64,000 nucleotides of DNA from Lophium mytilinum (GCA_010093605.1 MU004186.1:1158616-1222615); one strand, 5' to 3'. Shown: positions 49,119 to 62,998, counted from the stretch's first letter. Program-made: numbers and translations. Notes: generated by a model not told the origin, from the sequence alone.

Positions 49119-50133
49119 TTAGTAGTTATTGTTGCCACCACGGCCAGAGTCACCGTACGACGAATCCTGGTTGGTGGATCCGTACGAAGAGTCCTGGTTC
49201 GAGCCTCCATAAGAGTTGTCGTTGTCGCCGAAGCCCTTCTCCTCACGCTTGACACGGCCCTTCTCAGCGATGCCGTCGTTCTTCAGCAGACCGCCGGCCT
49301 TCTCCATGAGCTTGCCCATGGTAGAGTCTGTTGGGTATTAGTGATTGGAAGTTTAAAGACTTAGGTGGAATGTAAGACATACCACTCTTCTTGTTCGAGT
49401 TCGAGTCATCGTCATCACGACCTCCCGTCTTGTTGCCGTAGCCAGCACCACCAGTGGTTCCGCTTCCGTAGTCGGTGGACCCGCTATACGGTGTGGTCTC
49501 ATCGGACTTTCCGAACTTTGTGTCACTGCTGTCGAAGGTGCTGTCGTTGCCAGAAGACTTGTTGCCGAAGCCAGCTCCGCCTGTGGTGCCTGACCCGTAT
49601 TGGTTGCTGGAGGTGTCCTAGAAAAATGTTAGATTCTTGGCAGTATCATTGAAGCTAGTTGCACCGATGAAGCTCACATTTCCGTAAGAGTCGTTGTCTG
49701 AGCGCTTGGTGCTGCCATAGGTATCATCTCCTCCTAGGCCTCCCGTACGGCTGGAGTCATTGCCCTGTCCGTAGGAGTCTCCTCCTAGGCCACCAGTGCG
49801 GCTGGAGTCGTTGCCCTGTCCGTAAGAGTCTCCTCCTAGGCCGCCAGTGTTGCCCTGTCCATAAGAGTCTCCTCCTCCAAGGCCTCCAGTACGGGTAGAG
49901 TCTTGGGTCTGTCCATAAGAGTCTCCACCTAGGCCACCAGTGCGGCTAGAGTCGTTGCCCTGTCCGTAAGAGTCTCCTCCTCCGAGGCCTCCAGTGCGGG
50001 TAGAGTCTTGGGTCTGTCCGTAAGAGTCTCCTCCTCCGAGGCCTCCAGTGCGGCCGGAGTCTTGTCCGTAGTTGGACGAGTCTCCTCCGCGTTGGTTGGA
50101 GCCGTAGCTGTCGTTGTCGTTGTAGTTAGACAT
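49119..50133 (-). CDS. Gly/Ser/Asp-rich hydrophilin-like repeat protein with a CsbD-like C-terminal helix
   Basis: Exons 50133-49678, 49617-49383 and 49327-49119. About seven DSYGQxxDSxRTGGLGG repeats, two YGSGTTGGAG(F/Y)GNK motifs, and DSTMGKLMEKAGGLLKN. Confidence 0.85.
49725..50070 (-). repeat. Coding tandem repeat (51-54 bp units, one shortened)
   Basis: Repeated TGTCCGTAAGAGTCTCCTCCT..GGCC.CCAGTGCGG on the + strand. Confidence 0.9.
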
Positions 50134-50994
50134 GATGAATTGAGGTAGAGCAAAGTTCAATTGAAGGTGTAGGTGTGATGTGTGAATGTAGAGGATAGGT
50201 TGAGAATGACGGACAATAACAACAGCAGAGGCGGTCCTATTTATGCGCAATGGGGTAGCTGCCAAACAAACAAGCGCAAAGCAGGCTTGGAGGGGTTGGA
50301 GGGGTAGAATGGTAGCACTAGCGCATGTCGTCACCAAGGTCAGCTGTATGCAAGGGATCGGATACAGAGTCGATTTCAGCTGCGACGATCACCACCAGCC
50401 ACCATTGATGCCCATCGCAGACAAGCTTCGCCCGCTCTGTTGCCGGAGTGGCCCGTTCTGTGGCGGCTCTGGACCCCTGGGTGCATCGCGACCCCACACT
50501 TCGCCACCTCGGCTTCCAGAGGGGCTGGTTGCGGTCCGCCTGATGCGATGCGTGATGCGAGTGCACAGATAACTGGATTTGCTGCTAGTACGTCGCTCGG
50601 CCTGTCCGGTTGTCCGAGTGAGGGGCCTTGGCCGGTACCTGCGGATTGTGAACGTGGGGCCTTCCAAGATTCTCACACGCTAGATACTGCATAAAAACGA
50701 ATCTGCGGAGGCTGAGCATTTTGAATTAGGATGCAAGGCCCCTTGCAGGCCATGACGAAGACGTCGACTCTAGAGGAGGATTCGCGCCATGGGTTGAAGC
50801 ATGAATGGCGGTGCCACAGTGCATCCAGCTTGTTTGTTCCCGTTCGAGTGCCATCACCAGAGGTCCAGATAACCAAGTGGGACTCCAGATTTGCGTCACT
50901 GTTCTGCCCCTCAACTCCATTGGCCAATCGGAGTTACAAACGATGGCGCCCAACACCAAGGACGCAAAAGATGCAAGAGCACGATGCATTCAGC

Positions 50995-52013
50995 TCAGCG
51001 CACGTACTTGCCCTTTGCCACACGTTAGCCACGGTGCGCCCGACAGGCCCAGCGACAGGGAACTCACCATGAAGCGCTTGTGGAAGTCCGACCGCAGCAT
51101 GTCGTTAACGAATTCCTTCTTTTTCTTGTCCTCCGTGCCTCTAGCCTGGTTCTTGAACACGACATCGTCGTCCCACCTAAAGCCCTGCGTTAGCCGAAGC
51201 TCGCCCGATAGTGGAGCACGACGTACCGTCGCTTCAGGTTGAAGTCTTTCGGATTCAGTAGCGGATTCCCGCGCGCTATGTCGAACTCGCGTTGCTCCTC
51301 CTCTTCAGCTGCCCGCTCCGCTTCCTGCAGTGTCTTAGTATCTACTGCATGCATATATCTGCAGGAGGACACATACCTCCTTGGCTTTCGCCTCTGCTCG
51401 TTCCCGTTTGATCTTTTCGAGCTCTCGCATCAGCTCTGCTGTCTCGTCCTCTTCATCGTCGCTAACTCCGAGTCAGTATTCTCCTGACCAAAAAGGTGAT
51501 AGGTTCATTCCTACTCTTCATCACTGTCGCTGCTCTCACTACTGCTGCCGTCAGAATCTGCATCGATATCCTTGGCCTCCTCTAGTATCATCCGCCGCCG
51601 CTTCGCTTCTGATTCCTCCGTGTCCTCGTCGTCAGCGGTGGGTGCGTCTAACAATCGCTTGGGTGCGGCGGATGTGTTATCGGAGGTGTCGGCCTGCTCT
51701 GTGATGGCTCCGCCGTTCTTCTTCGCGAAGTGTGCTGCCTCAGCTTGAAGCAGCTCTGCGCGGAGGTCGCGTATGCCCGTGTCTGCATCTCCGCCTTGAC
51801 CGGGTTGCCTGTCGTCTGTCAGATCGGTGTTTTTAGATTGTGAATTAGGACCATACCTGTGTTTCAGGACTTTGTGAGCTGGGAGCAGCCGTTGGTGATA
51901 CGCCGGTCCGCGCTGCGCGTCTTTGCCGCGGGCCTAAACTGTTAGCCAGTGTGTAAAAAGTGAGTTCCGAATGGGCTTACGGGGTCAAACGTGGGCCTGT
52001 GAGCTGTTGTCAT
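50995..52013 (-). CDS. CWC15: Pre-mRNA splicing factor Cwc15/Cwf15
   Basis: Multi-exon gene: MTTAHRPTFDP|ARG, YHQRLLPAH, ETAELMRELEKIKRERAE, GNPLLNP, RWDDDVVFKNQARG and FVNDMLRSDFHKRFM|GKYVR. Confidence 0.95.
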
Positions 52014-52205
52014 TGTGTTAAGGGAGTGCGATGGTTGTGGACGTCGTCAGAATAAGATGTCGATCGTCAAGAGGCTCAACTGGCAGCTGCGAATTCGTGA
52101 GATCCTTGGCGCAATCAGTTTTGCCGAATATTAGCCTTGGACATGCCCAGGTGAAATTCAAGCCAGGAACAAAAGCGCGTTCCCCTCACTCATGAATATT
52201 CCAAG

Positions 52206-53191
52206 ATGCCTCGTGCAGCTGAGATATCTGTCAATGAACGCGAGTTCATTCTGCAGGGTCTCAAGGAGAACATCCGCCTTGATGGCCGACCTTTCGACGC
52301 CTTCCGAAGCCTCGAGCTCAATTTCGGCGACGAGCATGGCGTCGCAGATGTCCAGTTAGGCAAGACAAGGTAGGATCATATTGAATAGCTAATTCCCTTT
52401 ATGCTAACACGATCTCAGGGTGATTGCTAGAGTATCCGCGGAAGTGACCGCGCCCTTCGTTGACCGCAAATTCGATGGCATTTTCAACATCAGCACCGAA
52501 TTCTCACCCATGGCGTCGCCCGCATTCGAAATCGGCCGGTATGCAAATCCTTACCCTTGATCTTACATGTCTCAAGCACCCTAACTCAACTCGTAGTCCT
52601 ACAGAAGCTGAAAACATCCTGTCCCGAATCCTTGAGAAAGCTATCCGTCGCAGTGGAGCCCTTGACACCGAGTCGCTCTGTATAATCGCAGGCTTGAAAT
52701 GTTTCTCACTGCGCGCCGATCTACACGTCTTAGACCATGACGGCGGACTGATTGATGCGTCCTGCATTGCGGTCATCGCAGCTTTACAGCATTTCCGACG
52801 ACCAGACGTGGCGGTGGAGGGCGAGAATGCGACCATCTTCAGCATACGAGAACGCGAACCGATACCACTATCTATCCTCCACCACCCGATTTGTGTGACC
52901 TTTTCATATTACAACGCTGGAGGGATCATGCTAGTAGACGCCAACCTCGCCGAAGAGCAGGTCCGCGAGGGAGAAGTGGTGATTACAATGAACAGACATG
53001 GCGAAGTCTGTCAAATCGCCAAGTATGGGGGTGTTTCGGTGGACGCATTGGCTCTACTGAATTGCACCAGCGTCGCACTGGAGAAAGTCAAGGACATCAC
53101 CAAATTCATTCAGCGGAGATTGGAGGAGGATGCGAAGAAGAGAGATGTCGGTGGCTTGATTGCGGAACTTAGCGCTGAAAACGCTAGATGA
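52206..53191 (+). CDS. RRP45: Exosome complex RNase PH-like subunit Rrp45
   Basis: MPRAAEISVNEREFI..RLDGR, LGKTR|V and ALDTESLCI..LDHDGGLIDA..ALQHFRRPD. Introns at ~52350-52418 and 52539-52595. Confidence 0.95.
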
Positions 53192-53749
53192 TGAGCGACA
53201 CGCGAAACGACCAGCCAGTCGACTTATGCAAACTCCTTGATCAAAGGACTAACGAAGTGGATCTTTGCTCGGAAGCATGTTAGAATGGGCACGAGCCCTC
53301 TATGATTTGAGATACCCTTCTAGATTGGATATGATGGCTTCGGAACAGCGTTCGCATGAAGACGCGCAATCTGGCGCGAACGCCGCACGAATGACTGCGG
53401 ACGCAAGATGAGGAAATCACAAGCGTGAGGGACGAGGTCATGAATTGGGAACACGGAAAGATGATTTCACGATTTATTCGGCTTGGTGGTGGAAATTAAT
53501 GGCGTGGGGGACCTTCCAAATAGCTCGGCCGAAGTAGGTTGCAAAAACATGCTGGAATAACTAAAGCCCGTTCGAAGCCTTCGTTATCAAATACTTCCAG
53601 AACATCCGGATTACTACACGCACTCCAAATATGTTCTCGGCACCGAGATACAGGGGGAAGCTAATTTGTCGTATTTAAAACAGAGTACATTCCTTAGCGT
53701 TTTTCTCTATGCACCCCCCCTAATTTTATAAGCGCGCGCCTAGAATTAT

Positions 53750-55185
53750 TAGATAGGTTATATATTAATTTTTAACTACTTTTTAATATATCTATATTAG
53801 CTATTAGTAAGGCCTTTTATATATATATTAAAGCTTATATACTAATAATTTTTAGTATTTCTAGTATAAGTTAATAACTTAATCTATAGTTAAATCCTCC
53901 TCTCTACTAGCGCGTAAACCTAACTCTAGAATTAAACTCTAATATTAGTCTTATAATACCTAGATATTATATAGCTTCTCTAGCTTAATAAGTACTCTAA
54001 ATAGATTACTAAGGTTATTTATATCTACTAAAAGATAGTATATAATATAGAAAAATATATAATTTTCTATAGTGTACCTATAAGGCCTCTATAAATTAAG
54101 ATAGAATAGCTAAGAAGGCTTACTATAGTAGATAAAAAGGCGGTGCTTTAATAGCTTCTAGAAGATAGCTAGTATAATTAAGATAAAATTTAAATATAGC
54201 TTAATCTTAAGTATAGTATTAAAGCTTTATAGCTAACTATATTATATATAATAAAGAGAAATAGATAAAGTAAGAAGTAGGCCTAGCGCTAGTTAAACTG
54301 CGTAAGTAAGAAGTTAAGGTTAAAGTACTTAGAGCTTACTAGTTACTATAAGCTAAAAGATCTTATCTTCCTTAATAAGTCTATATTTAATAAGAAGACT
54401 AGCTAGCACTATTACGCGTATATATCTATTAGAAGTTCTACGCGCTACTAGGGGCCTATAAATTATAGAAATATATAGAGTATATACACGGTAATAAGTA
54501 TAGTAGAGTAGCTACTATATATAGCTATATAAGAGGGCTACTTTAATACTAAGAAGTTTTAAAGCTAGGTTATTACTACTCTTCTACTAGCTATAGAAGG
54601 CGAGTTTAAGGGCCGCTTAAAGGTTATTATTCTAGATAATATTAGAATATATACTAAGAAAGCTCTTATATATATAATCTAGGTATAAGAATATCTAGTA
54701 TATTTTCTACTACTATACTTACTAGATTTTAACTCTATAGAGTTAATCTTTACTATACTAAAGGCGTAGATCTATAGGTATTACTATTACCTGCGCCTAG
54801 CCTATTATAACTTTAGTAACTTTCTAAGGGCTACTATTAAGTAGAGCTAGTATAATTACTTTACTTAAAAGTAGTTCTATTATATAGCTAGAGAAGTATA
54901 CTATATAAGAAAAGAGATAGATAGAATTTAGGCTAAGCTAGATGCGTATAAGAGAGGTAATACTAATACTTAAATTAAGAAGAAGTAGATAGAGAAGTAG
55001 GTTAAGGCCTAAGTATATACTATATATAGCCTTTCTATTTAATATATACTCTATATATAGCCTTACTATTTTTTATATACTCTCTAGGCTAAGACTTAAG
55101 TATTAGCGCTAGCAGATAATCTAAGACTTAAGTATTAGCGCTAGTAGATAATCTATAGCTTATATATTAGTATAGGGTAAAGTTA
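53750..55185 (+). mobile_element. RIP-degraded Tc1-like (IS630-Tc1-mariner, DD34E) DNA transposon relic; ends approximate
   Basis: De-RIP reading gives FL(D)(E)SIFN at 54368, IILDN at 54626-54640 and FL(PP)Y(SP)DFN(P)IE at 54704-54742. There are 34 codons between D (54635) and E (54740). Confidence 0.85.
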
Positions 55186-56236
55186 TATAGTAAAGCTTAA
55201 TAGCTATTATTTATTTTTCTATATATTTTTATCTCTCTCTTAACTTTTTTCTTTCTTTAAACTCTATATACTATTAATTACTACCTTTATAATACTATAG
55301 CTAATAATACTATAGCTAATAATACTAGTAATTAAAGCTCTATTAATAGCCTAATTAATAATATTCTTATAGAGCCCTCCTTCTCTCTACCTCTTACTAT
55401 GCACCCCTTTAGGCCCCTTAGAGTTTACCTAGATCCTCTAGTAATGTAAGTAGTAGTAGCTAGGCCGCTTCTTACTAAAAAGAAGATAATAGGCGTTTAA
55501 GCTAAAGATAAGGCGCTAGAAGCTTTCTCTAGTAAAAGCCTAGAGAATTCTAGCCCTTAAAGGCTTTATATAGTATATAGTAGGCCTATATACTCTTTTT
55601 CTACTCTTACTATTAGTAGAGATATCTATAATATACCTAATTAGAAGAAGAATAAAAATAAGAAAGAAAAAAAAAGAACTAATCCCTCTCTACTATATAT
55701 AATTTCTAGTATAGTAGCTTAAGAATCTAGCTAACCTATTTATATAGAAAGCGCCGCGCTTACTATCTACTCTCTTCTTTTACTATTACTATTATTCTAG
55801 GCCTGCTAACTCTCTTTTAGTATACTAATAACCTTACTACTACTCTTAGCTTTTCTACTATTACTATAGCCCTCTAAGAGCACTTTTACTATACTAAGCT
55901 TACCTATATAAAGCTTATTAATGGCTAATATAGCTAGAATTAGATAGGCCTAGCCTATAGCGTATACCTAGAGTGCGCCTAGAATATACCTACTAGGGGC
56001 TATTATTAGTATAATATTAATTTCTATACTAATAATAATCTAGGTAGTAAATATAGTATATATAGAGTTAGAAGTAAGCGCTATACTTAGGTTAATACTA
56101 TAGGGGATATAGTAGCGTTTAAGCGGGCTCTAAAGCCTAGAGCTAGTTATACTAGAAGAAAGAAGTAGAGAATTAAGCCTATTTAACTATATACTTAGAA
56201 ACTATAACTATAACTTTAAAAGTTTATTACTACTAA

Positions 56237-56255
56237 NNNNNNNNNNNNNNNNNNN
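56237..56255. other. Assembly gap (19 N)
   Basis: Run of n characters. Confidence 1.
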
Positions 56256-56299
56256 TCTATATAGCCTTTCTATTTTATATATACTCTATATAGTATCTA

Positions 56300-56580
56300 A
56301 CTTAAGGCTTAAGTATTAGTAGTAAGAATTCTATTCTAATATTTTACGGCTTAAGTATTAGTAGTAAGAATCTTATTTTAATATTTTAAGGCTTAAGTAT
56401 TAGCATAGGGTAAATTTCCTCTACGCTAATACTTAAGCCTTAAAATATTAAAATAAGATTCTTACTACTAATACTTAAGCTGTAAATTATTAAAATAAGA
56501 TCCTTACTACTAATACTTAAGCCGCAAGATATTAAGATATATTTTTATATTTTACTAGTACTAATACTTAAGCCTTAAAC
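56300..56580. repeat. Palindrome built from 42-bp tandem units
   Basis: Units start at 56307, 56349 and 56391 and are then inverted. 56349-56404 is the exact reverse complement of 56425-56480. Confidence 0.9.
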
Positions 56581-57856
56581 TATAAATACTCTTTAATTAA
56601 TAGATAGTATATATATTATAGATAGTATATATTAAATAGATAGTATATATCTATTACTATACACTCTACTCTCTATTACCTAGTAGAGTAAGATTAAATA
56701 CTACTTTATTCTTCTAGTATAGCTACTTAAACCTATATAGCTCCTTAGTAAACTTTATAGCTATTCTATCTAATATTTCTAGCTATATAGCCTTATAATA
56801 CGCCTCTAAGCTTCTATTTATTATCTAATAGAGAAAATCTATATTCTAAGCCTAATCTATTACTACCTAAGCTATCTACTACTAGTACTAGTATAAACTA
56901 GTGTTCTATATACTATTAACTTTCTAATAGAAAAACACCTCTAGTATATCTATATCTTTCTTCTTAGGGTATACTAGGCTTAAGCTCTTTAGTTAGTAAG
57001 GTTCTATAGCGGCCGGGGCCTAAGTTAAGGGCGGTAGTAGTAGTAGTAGAGAAAGGGGAGGCATAGATATAAATATAGGTGCCGGCGTATATAGAAATAC
57101 TAGAAACCTAGTAGAAATATATAGATTTAGTAGATAATAGAGTAGTAGAAAAGAAGAAGAATAGTAGCTATACTACTACTATTAAGGCTATAACTAAGGC
57201 TATAATAGAGGCTGCTATATACTTAAAAACCTCTTAGCTATAGCTATTATCTATTATATACTACTAAGCTCTATAGTCTACTTTATTATTACCTTAATAT
57301 TATCTATAGTACTTACCGCCTACTATACTCTTATTATTTTTACTAGCTAATAATATTTTAAACCTATAGGCCTATTTATTTAAAGCTCCTTTAATAATTT
57401 AATTAGAGGCACTAATATAGTAGCCTTACTGCGCGCTATAGTATTAGCCTATACCTTCTACTACTTAGTAAGTATAATAAAGTGCTTGCTGCTATTAAGA
57501 AAGTAGTAGCTATTAAAGTTACTGCACCCTTTATTAGTATACTTCTAATACTATATTAGGTCTATATTATAGTCTTTTATATTAGTAATTCTACTTATTA
57601 TAGCCTTATACTACTATAGTAGCTTTCTACTATAACTCTTAAGTATAGCTATAGCTAGTAAGAACTTAAGCGCAATTATTATAGCTATATATTTATACTA
57701 TAATATATAACTAGAGGTTATATAATAGAGGCTCTATAGAATAGGTAAATATTACTCCGCCCTTTAGGTTATTATAATATCTATTCTAGAAACCTCTTCC
57801 TCTCTTATATTTATCTTTTATTAATATTAATACTATCTAATTTAATAATTCTAACA

Positions 57857-60800
57857 TTCTAACCTTAAGCCCTAATATAAGATAAATACCCTTCTAGCTT
57901 CCGGGAGTAACGGAAGCAACCCCTAGAAAATTTTCCGTAATAGAGTGCGCTCTTATAATAAGCTATAGTATGCGCCGCTATCTATATAGTAACTATTAGT
58001 AGTATTATAGACCCCTAATAAAGACTATACTTAATAATATAGTACCCTTCTATTAGTAGCGCCGCGGGCCTCTAATAAAGTAATCTAACTATTATATATA
58101 AAGTTAGATAATAGATCTTATAACTATAGTAGTGCTTATAAGCCTCTATAATAAAGGGGTAGTAGTAGTACTCTAGAAAGTTCTTACTAATTCTTATTAA
58201 TTACTTTAATAGCTCTATAACTTCTTCTTTTATCTATTTTACTATCGCCGTATAGAGACTAACGCCCGGAAAGCTTAGTATTAATAATAGCGCGCGCGCG
58301 CGCCTAGCGTTACTAATTAATTATAATTACTTAATTGCTATTACTATATAGAGACTAACGCCCGGAAAGCTTAGTATTAATAATAGCTAGCCTACGCGTA
58401 TACTTAGTATTATAGAATAAATATCTATAGACTATTTATTTTCTATATACTACCCGTTTTATAAATAGACTACCTAATATTATTATTTACTATAACCCCT
58501 AATAACGCCGCAACTAACTATAATAGGCGCTAGTTTCTTAAGCCTTCTATATAACTAGTGCGCGTAGTAAATAACCTAAATTTATTAATAGCTTATATAT
58601 AAATTTAATACCTTGCCCCTTTAAGTTTTCTTTCTTCTATACTAATCTTTTCTATCTTTTTATATAGCTAACCCTAACCGCTATACTTTTAACCGCGCTA
58701 AAGCCCTATAGTTTAGTAACTTTATCTCTAGTAGACGCTCTACTACTAGACGCCTATTTAGTAACGCTAATAGTATTTCTATTAACCCCCGCTATATTAG
58801 TATTATATTACATTAAGAAGGCGCCCTAAACTTATAGCACCTTCTTATAGAAGATAATAATAATAATATAATATAGATTAACTATAGTTCTTAACCTTCT
58901 CTTATTTAGCTAGTAAATCTACCCTTCTAAGCTACTTAGTTATAGTTCTAAATACTAGCTACTATCTTATAGCTAGCTCTATCTATTAAACTAATTCCTT
59001 CTATAATACCCGCTAAGCTCTAATATTATTAAAATAAGTTTAGTACCTTAGATAAACCCCTACTAGCTACTCTAGCTCCTCTAGTAGAGATTATAGTAGA
59101 GAATACTATACTTCTACTCTTCTACATTAGTAGCTATATACTAGGTAACTTTAATTTACCTATTCTTAATAATATAACTGCCGGCCTTAATAATATAACC
59201 GCCGCCTATAATAAGAACTTCTTCTCTAACTTTAATTTAGCTAATAAATATAACCGTTAGGAGGAAGAATATTAGTTTAGTAATAACGCGGACGATAAGG
59301 TTAATAAGCTTAAGACAGCCTATTAAGGCGTTACTATTAATACTTCTAACGCTATAGTATACTATAATACTATTTCTAAGCTATATTAATTCCGCGACCC
59401 TAAATATCTAAGAATACTATCTATTTATAGTATTCTCTTACCTAATATATCTCTATTATAATACTAATCTACCCGCGTTAAATCTATTACCGGACTTAAT
59501 ACTTCTAACCTAGCCTAGTAACTAGCGGGTATAGAATAGAGTAATAGATACTACACTATAATTTACGCGGAGGACTGTTAGTAGTTATATCTTATAATTG
59601 CGTAGCGCGCTAATAGCTCTATCTTTAAAATGCGCTATAGAGACGGCGTCTACTAATAATATAAACTATAAGGTCTATAGAACCTTATTAAAGATATTTA
59701 ACTTATACTAGAATAGTAGTAGAACTATATTATAATAGCTTACTAAGATAGTAATAACTATAAGTATAGAATAAATATTACTATCTAAGAATAGAATACT
59801 ACTAATACTAATATTAAGAAGCTAAATAAAAAATATTTACTTACTAATAGTAAACTTACTAAGCTCTAGACCTAAGTCTATACCCTTAATTATAAACTTA
59901 AGGCTAAATAAATAGAGTTAGCCTATATATAACGCCTATATAATAAAAAGCACGCTAACTTCTAAGCCTAAACCTATTAGTTTAATAACCTCTAAGCTAG
60001 ATACTAATAGGCCTTAATAAGAATTATCTAGCTTAAAGCTTAAGCCTAGTAGAATATATTAGTAGAATAATCTAATAATCTATATATAGACCTGCATAAC
60101 TACTCTAATTATAATTCTACTAATAACGCTTCTTCTCTACTACTAGTAGAACTATATACTCTTAACCTAGATAACTTTTAATATAACCGCGTTCTAGGTT
60201 AATACTTTACTATAGCTAGAGGAGGAGAGGGTAACCTAGATCTAAGTTAACTAGGTAGTTTTACTTAACTATAGGTCTATAGGCCTGTCTATCCTTAATT
60301 TAGATAAGGCTCTTAACCTAAGTATACTTACTTATAGAATTTTAAATTAGAAGCTATAGTATATATAGCCTAGAAGAACTACCTAATCTACTTAATCTAA
60401 GTAGACTAGTAGACTTACCCTACTACTATAACTTAAATTTAACTTACTATTAGTTATTATAAGGGACGCGCATATAAAGTTATTAAGAACTATAGTCTTT
60501 TTATATCTACTAATCTATATTATTTACTTAAGAAACTTATATAGGACCTAGACGCTATATTTTAAGAAAGTAATACTATTTATTATAATTGCCTTCTTAA
60601 CTAACTTAATAGTAAGGGTATAAAATAGAGATATAATAAAAAGACGTCTAACTTTCTATAATATCTTAATGTTATTCTTAACGGGCTTAAGTATAGTAAA
60701 ATTAATAATAGCCTTATAACTTAATACTATTACCTTAAAGAAATACTATATATAGATCTTACTAAATATATTAACTTTAGTTTATTAACCTAGTACTAGG

Positions 60801-62998
60801 TAAAAGATAATATTCTATATAAGGACTGTTATTATATTTAATATAAAAAATAGGCTAATAAAGAGCTTCTTACTATATAGATCTTAGCACGCCGCTTAAA
60901 TAATATATACGCGTAGAATAGCTATTATAACTTTAACTGCGCCTAGTATAAAGTATCTACTATTAAGACTAATAACCGTATTATAGTTAAGAAGACTACT
61001 ACTATTCCGCTGCTAAGCGTCCTACTACACGTCCGCCTGCGTCTTAGTAAGAAAGGACGCTACTTTAGCTACTTTAAGAAGAACTACTACGCCGGTAACC
61101 CTAAATATACTATAGCTAGAAAGACTATATTAGAGGCTTAGCGTAATAAGCGCCTTACTACTGCTAGTATTAATAGTATAAAACTTAATGCTTTTAATTA
61201 TAGTAGTAATTAGAAGTATTAATATAAGTATAAATATAATAATAACTAAGGCTAAGATAATAATAATAATAAGGCTATCTATTCTAACGGCTTAGGAAAT
61301 GCTTAATCTTTAATAAAAGTTATTATTAGAGATAGTTAGAAGATACGCTAGCTTAAGCTTTTATATATATCTAGAAGCTTAAGCTACCCCCTTTAAAACC
61401 CCCTAATATTAAACTTTTAGCTTGCGCTATTAGACTTGCCCTATTATTAAGTAAATAGATAGACTTTAACTATAGAATTAAGACTTTAACTAGAATAGTT
61501 AAATCTATAGTCCTTATAGACTCTAGATATAGCGGATTTATATTTATTTCTATAAGCTTTATAAAACACTATAACCTTAATATCTATAAGGCTACTCTAT
61601 ATAATATTAAACTACTAAATAGTTCTACCTTAGTTATTAATAAAGTAGCTAAAGTTACTATATAGATTAAAGAATACTATAATAAATTCTAGGCCCTTAT
61701 CTATAATTTTAAAGGCTATAATATTATTCTTAGTATAGGCTAGCTTATAATATATAATACCTATATAAAATTTAGTATCTAGATAATACAACTAGACTTA
61801 GATTACTACTATTTTTAGTACCTAGTTAATTATAAACTAGTCTATATCTAGTCTAAAGACTCTATTACCCGCACTAGTAAATGCCTATTCTAGTAGAAGC
61901 TTAACGCCTAACTTACTACTTTTAAAGCGCTTAATATTAATATAGTATCTAGTAATAAATATTTATATAACGCCTAGTAATTACTAGAGAAAGATACTAT
62001 CTATATATAGCCTAAATACTTTAAGTTAGCGCTTACTAATAAGAAAGCTAAAGCATAGGCGCGCGCTAAAGGGCGCCCGTATAAATTAGGTAATATTATC
62101 TTAGGTCTAGCTAATTTTACTAATAACCTGGCGGCTATTAGTCTCTATATAATATTAAAAGACAACTAATATAAATTCTTTAAGAAGATAGAGCGTAAAC
62201 TAATAACCTGTAATAAACTTAAAGTATTAGTACCTATAGAATACTATAGCTTCCTTAATATATAGAACCTAAAGAAAGCTAATAAGCTACTACTATGCTA
62301 TAAAGCTAAAGATAGTATAGATATTAATTACTATATTAATATTAAACCTAGTAGTAAAGCTCTAGCTTAAAAGGTATATAGCCTTTTATATAATAAGATA
62401 TTAGTTATTAAAATCTTTATTAATAAAATATATAGGAAAGGCTATATTAGAAAAAGTAATAGCTAATATACTATACCTATTATTATTATCTATAAACTAG
62501 AAGAAGGCCTCTATATTTATATAGACTATTAAGGTCTTAATACTATTATAATTAAAGCTTATAATGTTCCGCCGGCTATAAAAGACACCCTTGCGCTATT
62601 AAAATACGCTAGATATTATATAAAGTTTAATATTATAGCCGCTTTTAACGCTATTAGAATATAAGAAGAAGATAAGAAATATACAGCTTTTCTTATAAGA
62701 TATAGCCTATTTAAATTTACTATTCTACCTTTTAGCTTATATAATATACTAGCGATATTTTAAGCCTTTATTAATAATATACTCTTAGAATATTTAGATA
62801 ACTTCTATACTACCTATCTTAATAATATTCTTATTTTTAGCAAAACGCTTAAGAAATATATTAGTTATGTTAAGAAAGTCCTCTAGCGGCTTTATAAAGT
62901 AGGCCTATTTCTTAATATTACTAAATATAAATTCTATAAATAGGAAGTTAAGTACTTAGGCGTTATTATTAGCGTTAATAGTCTTAAAATAGATCTAG
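57857..62998 (+). mobile_element. RIP-degraded Ty3/Gypsy LTR retrotransposon (gag, protease, RT), interrupted after RT; 5' limit approximate
   Basis: De-RIP reading gives a Zn knuckle at 61058-61108, protease LIDS(G) at ~61513, RT GL..(CV)DY(R)GLN at 62507, TAF.(T)RY(G)LF(E)..LPF(G)L at ~62683, YL(DD)ILIFS at 62815, then VKYLG..I and LK(M)D(P). Confidence 0.9.
58251..58386 (+). repeat. 40-bp exact direct repeat flanking a (CG)n run in the retroelement leader
   Basis: TATAGAGACTAACGCCCGGAAAGCTTAGTATTAATAATAG at 58251 and 58347; CG dinucleotide run at 58291-58302. Confidence 0.85.

Noticed and set aside
55400..57800. Possible further transposase relics
   Set aside because: Too heavily RIP-mutated for me to recover diagnostic motifs; left unassigned within the AT block.
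58669..58679. Telomere-like TAACCCTAACC
   Set aside because: Fewer than two full repeats, inside a RIP-mutated retroelement; expected by chance.
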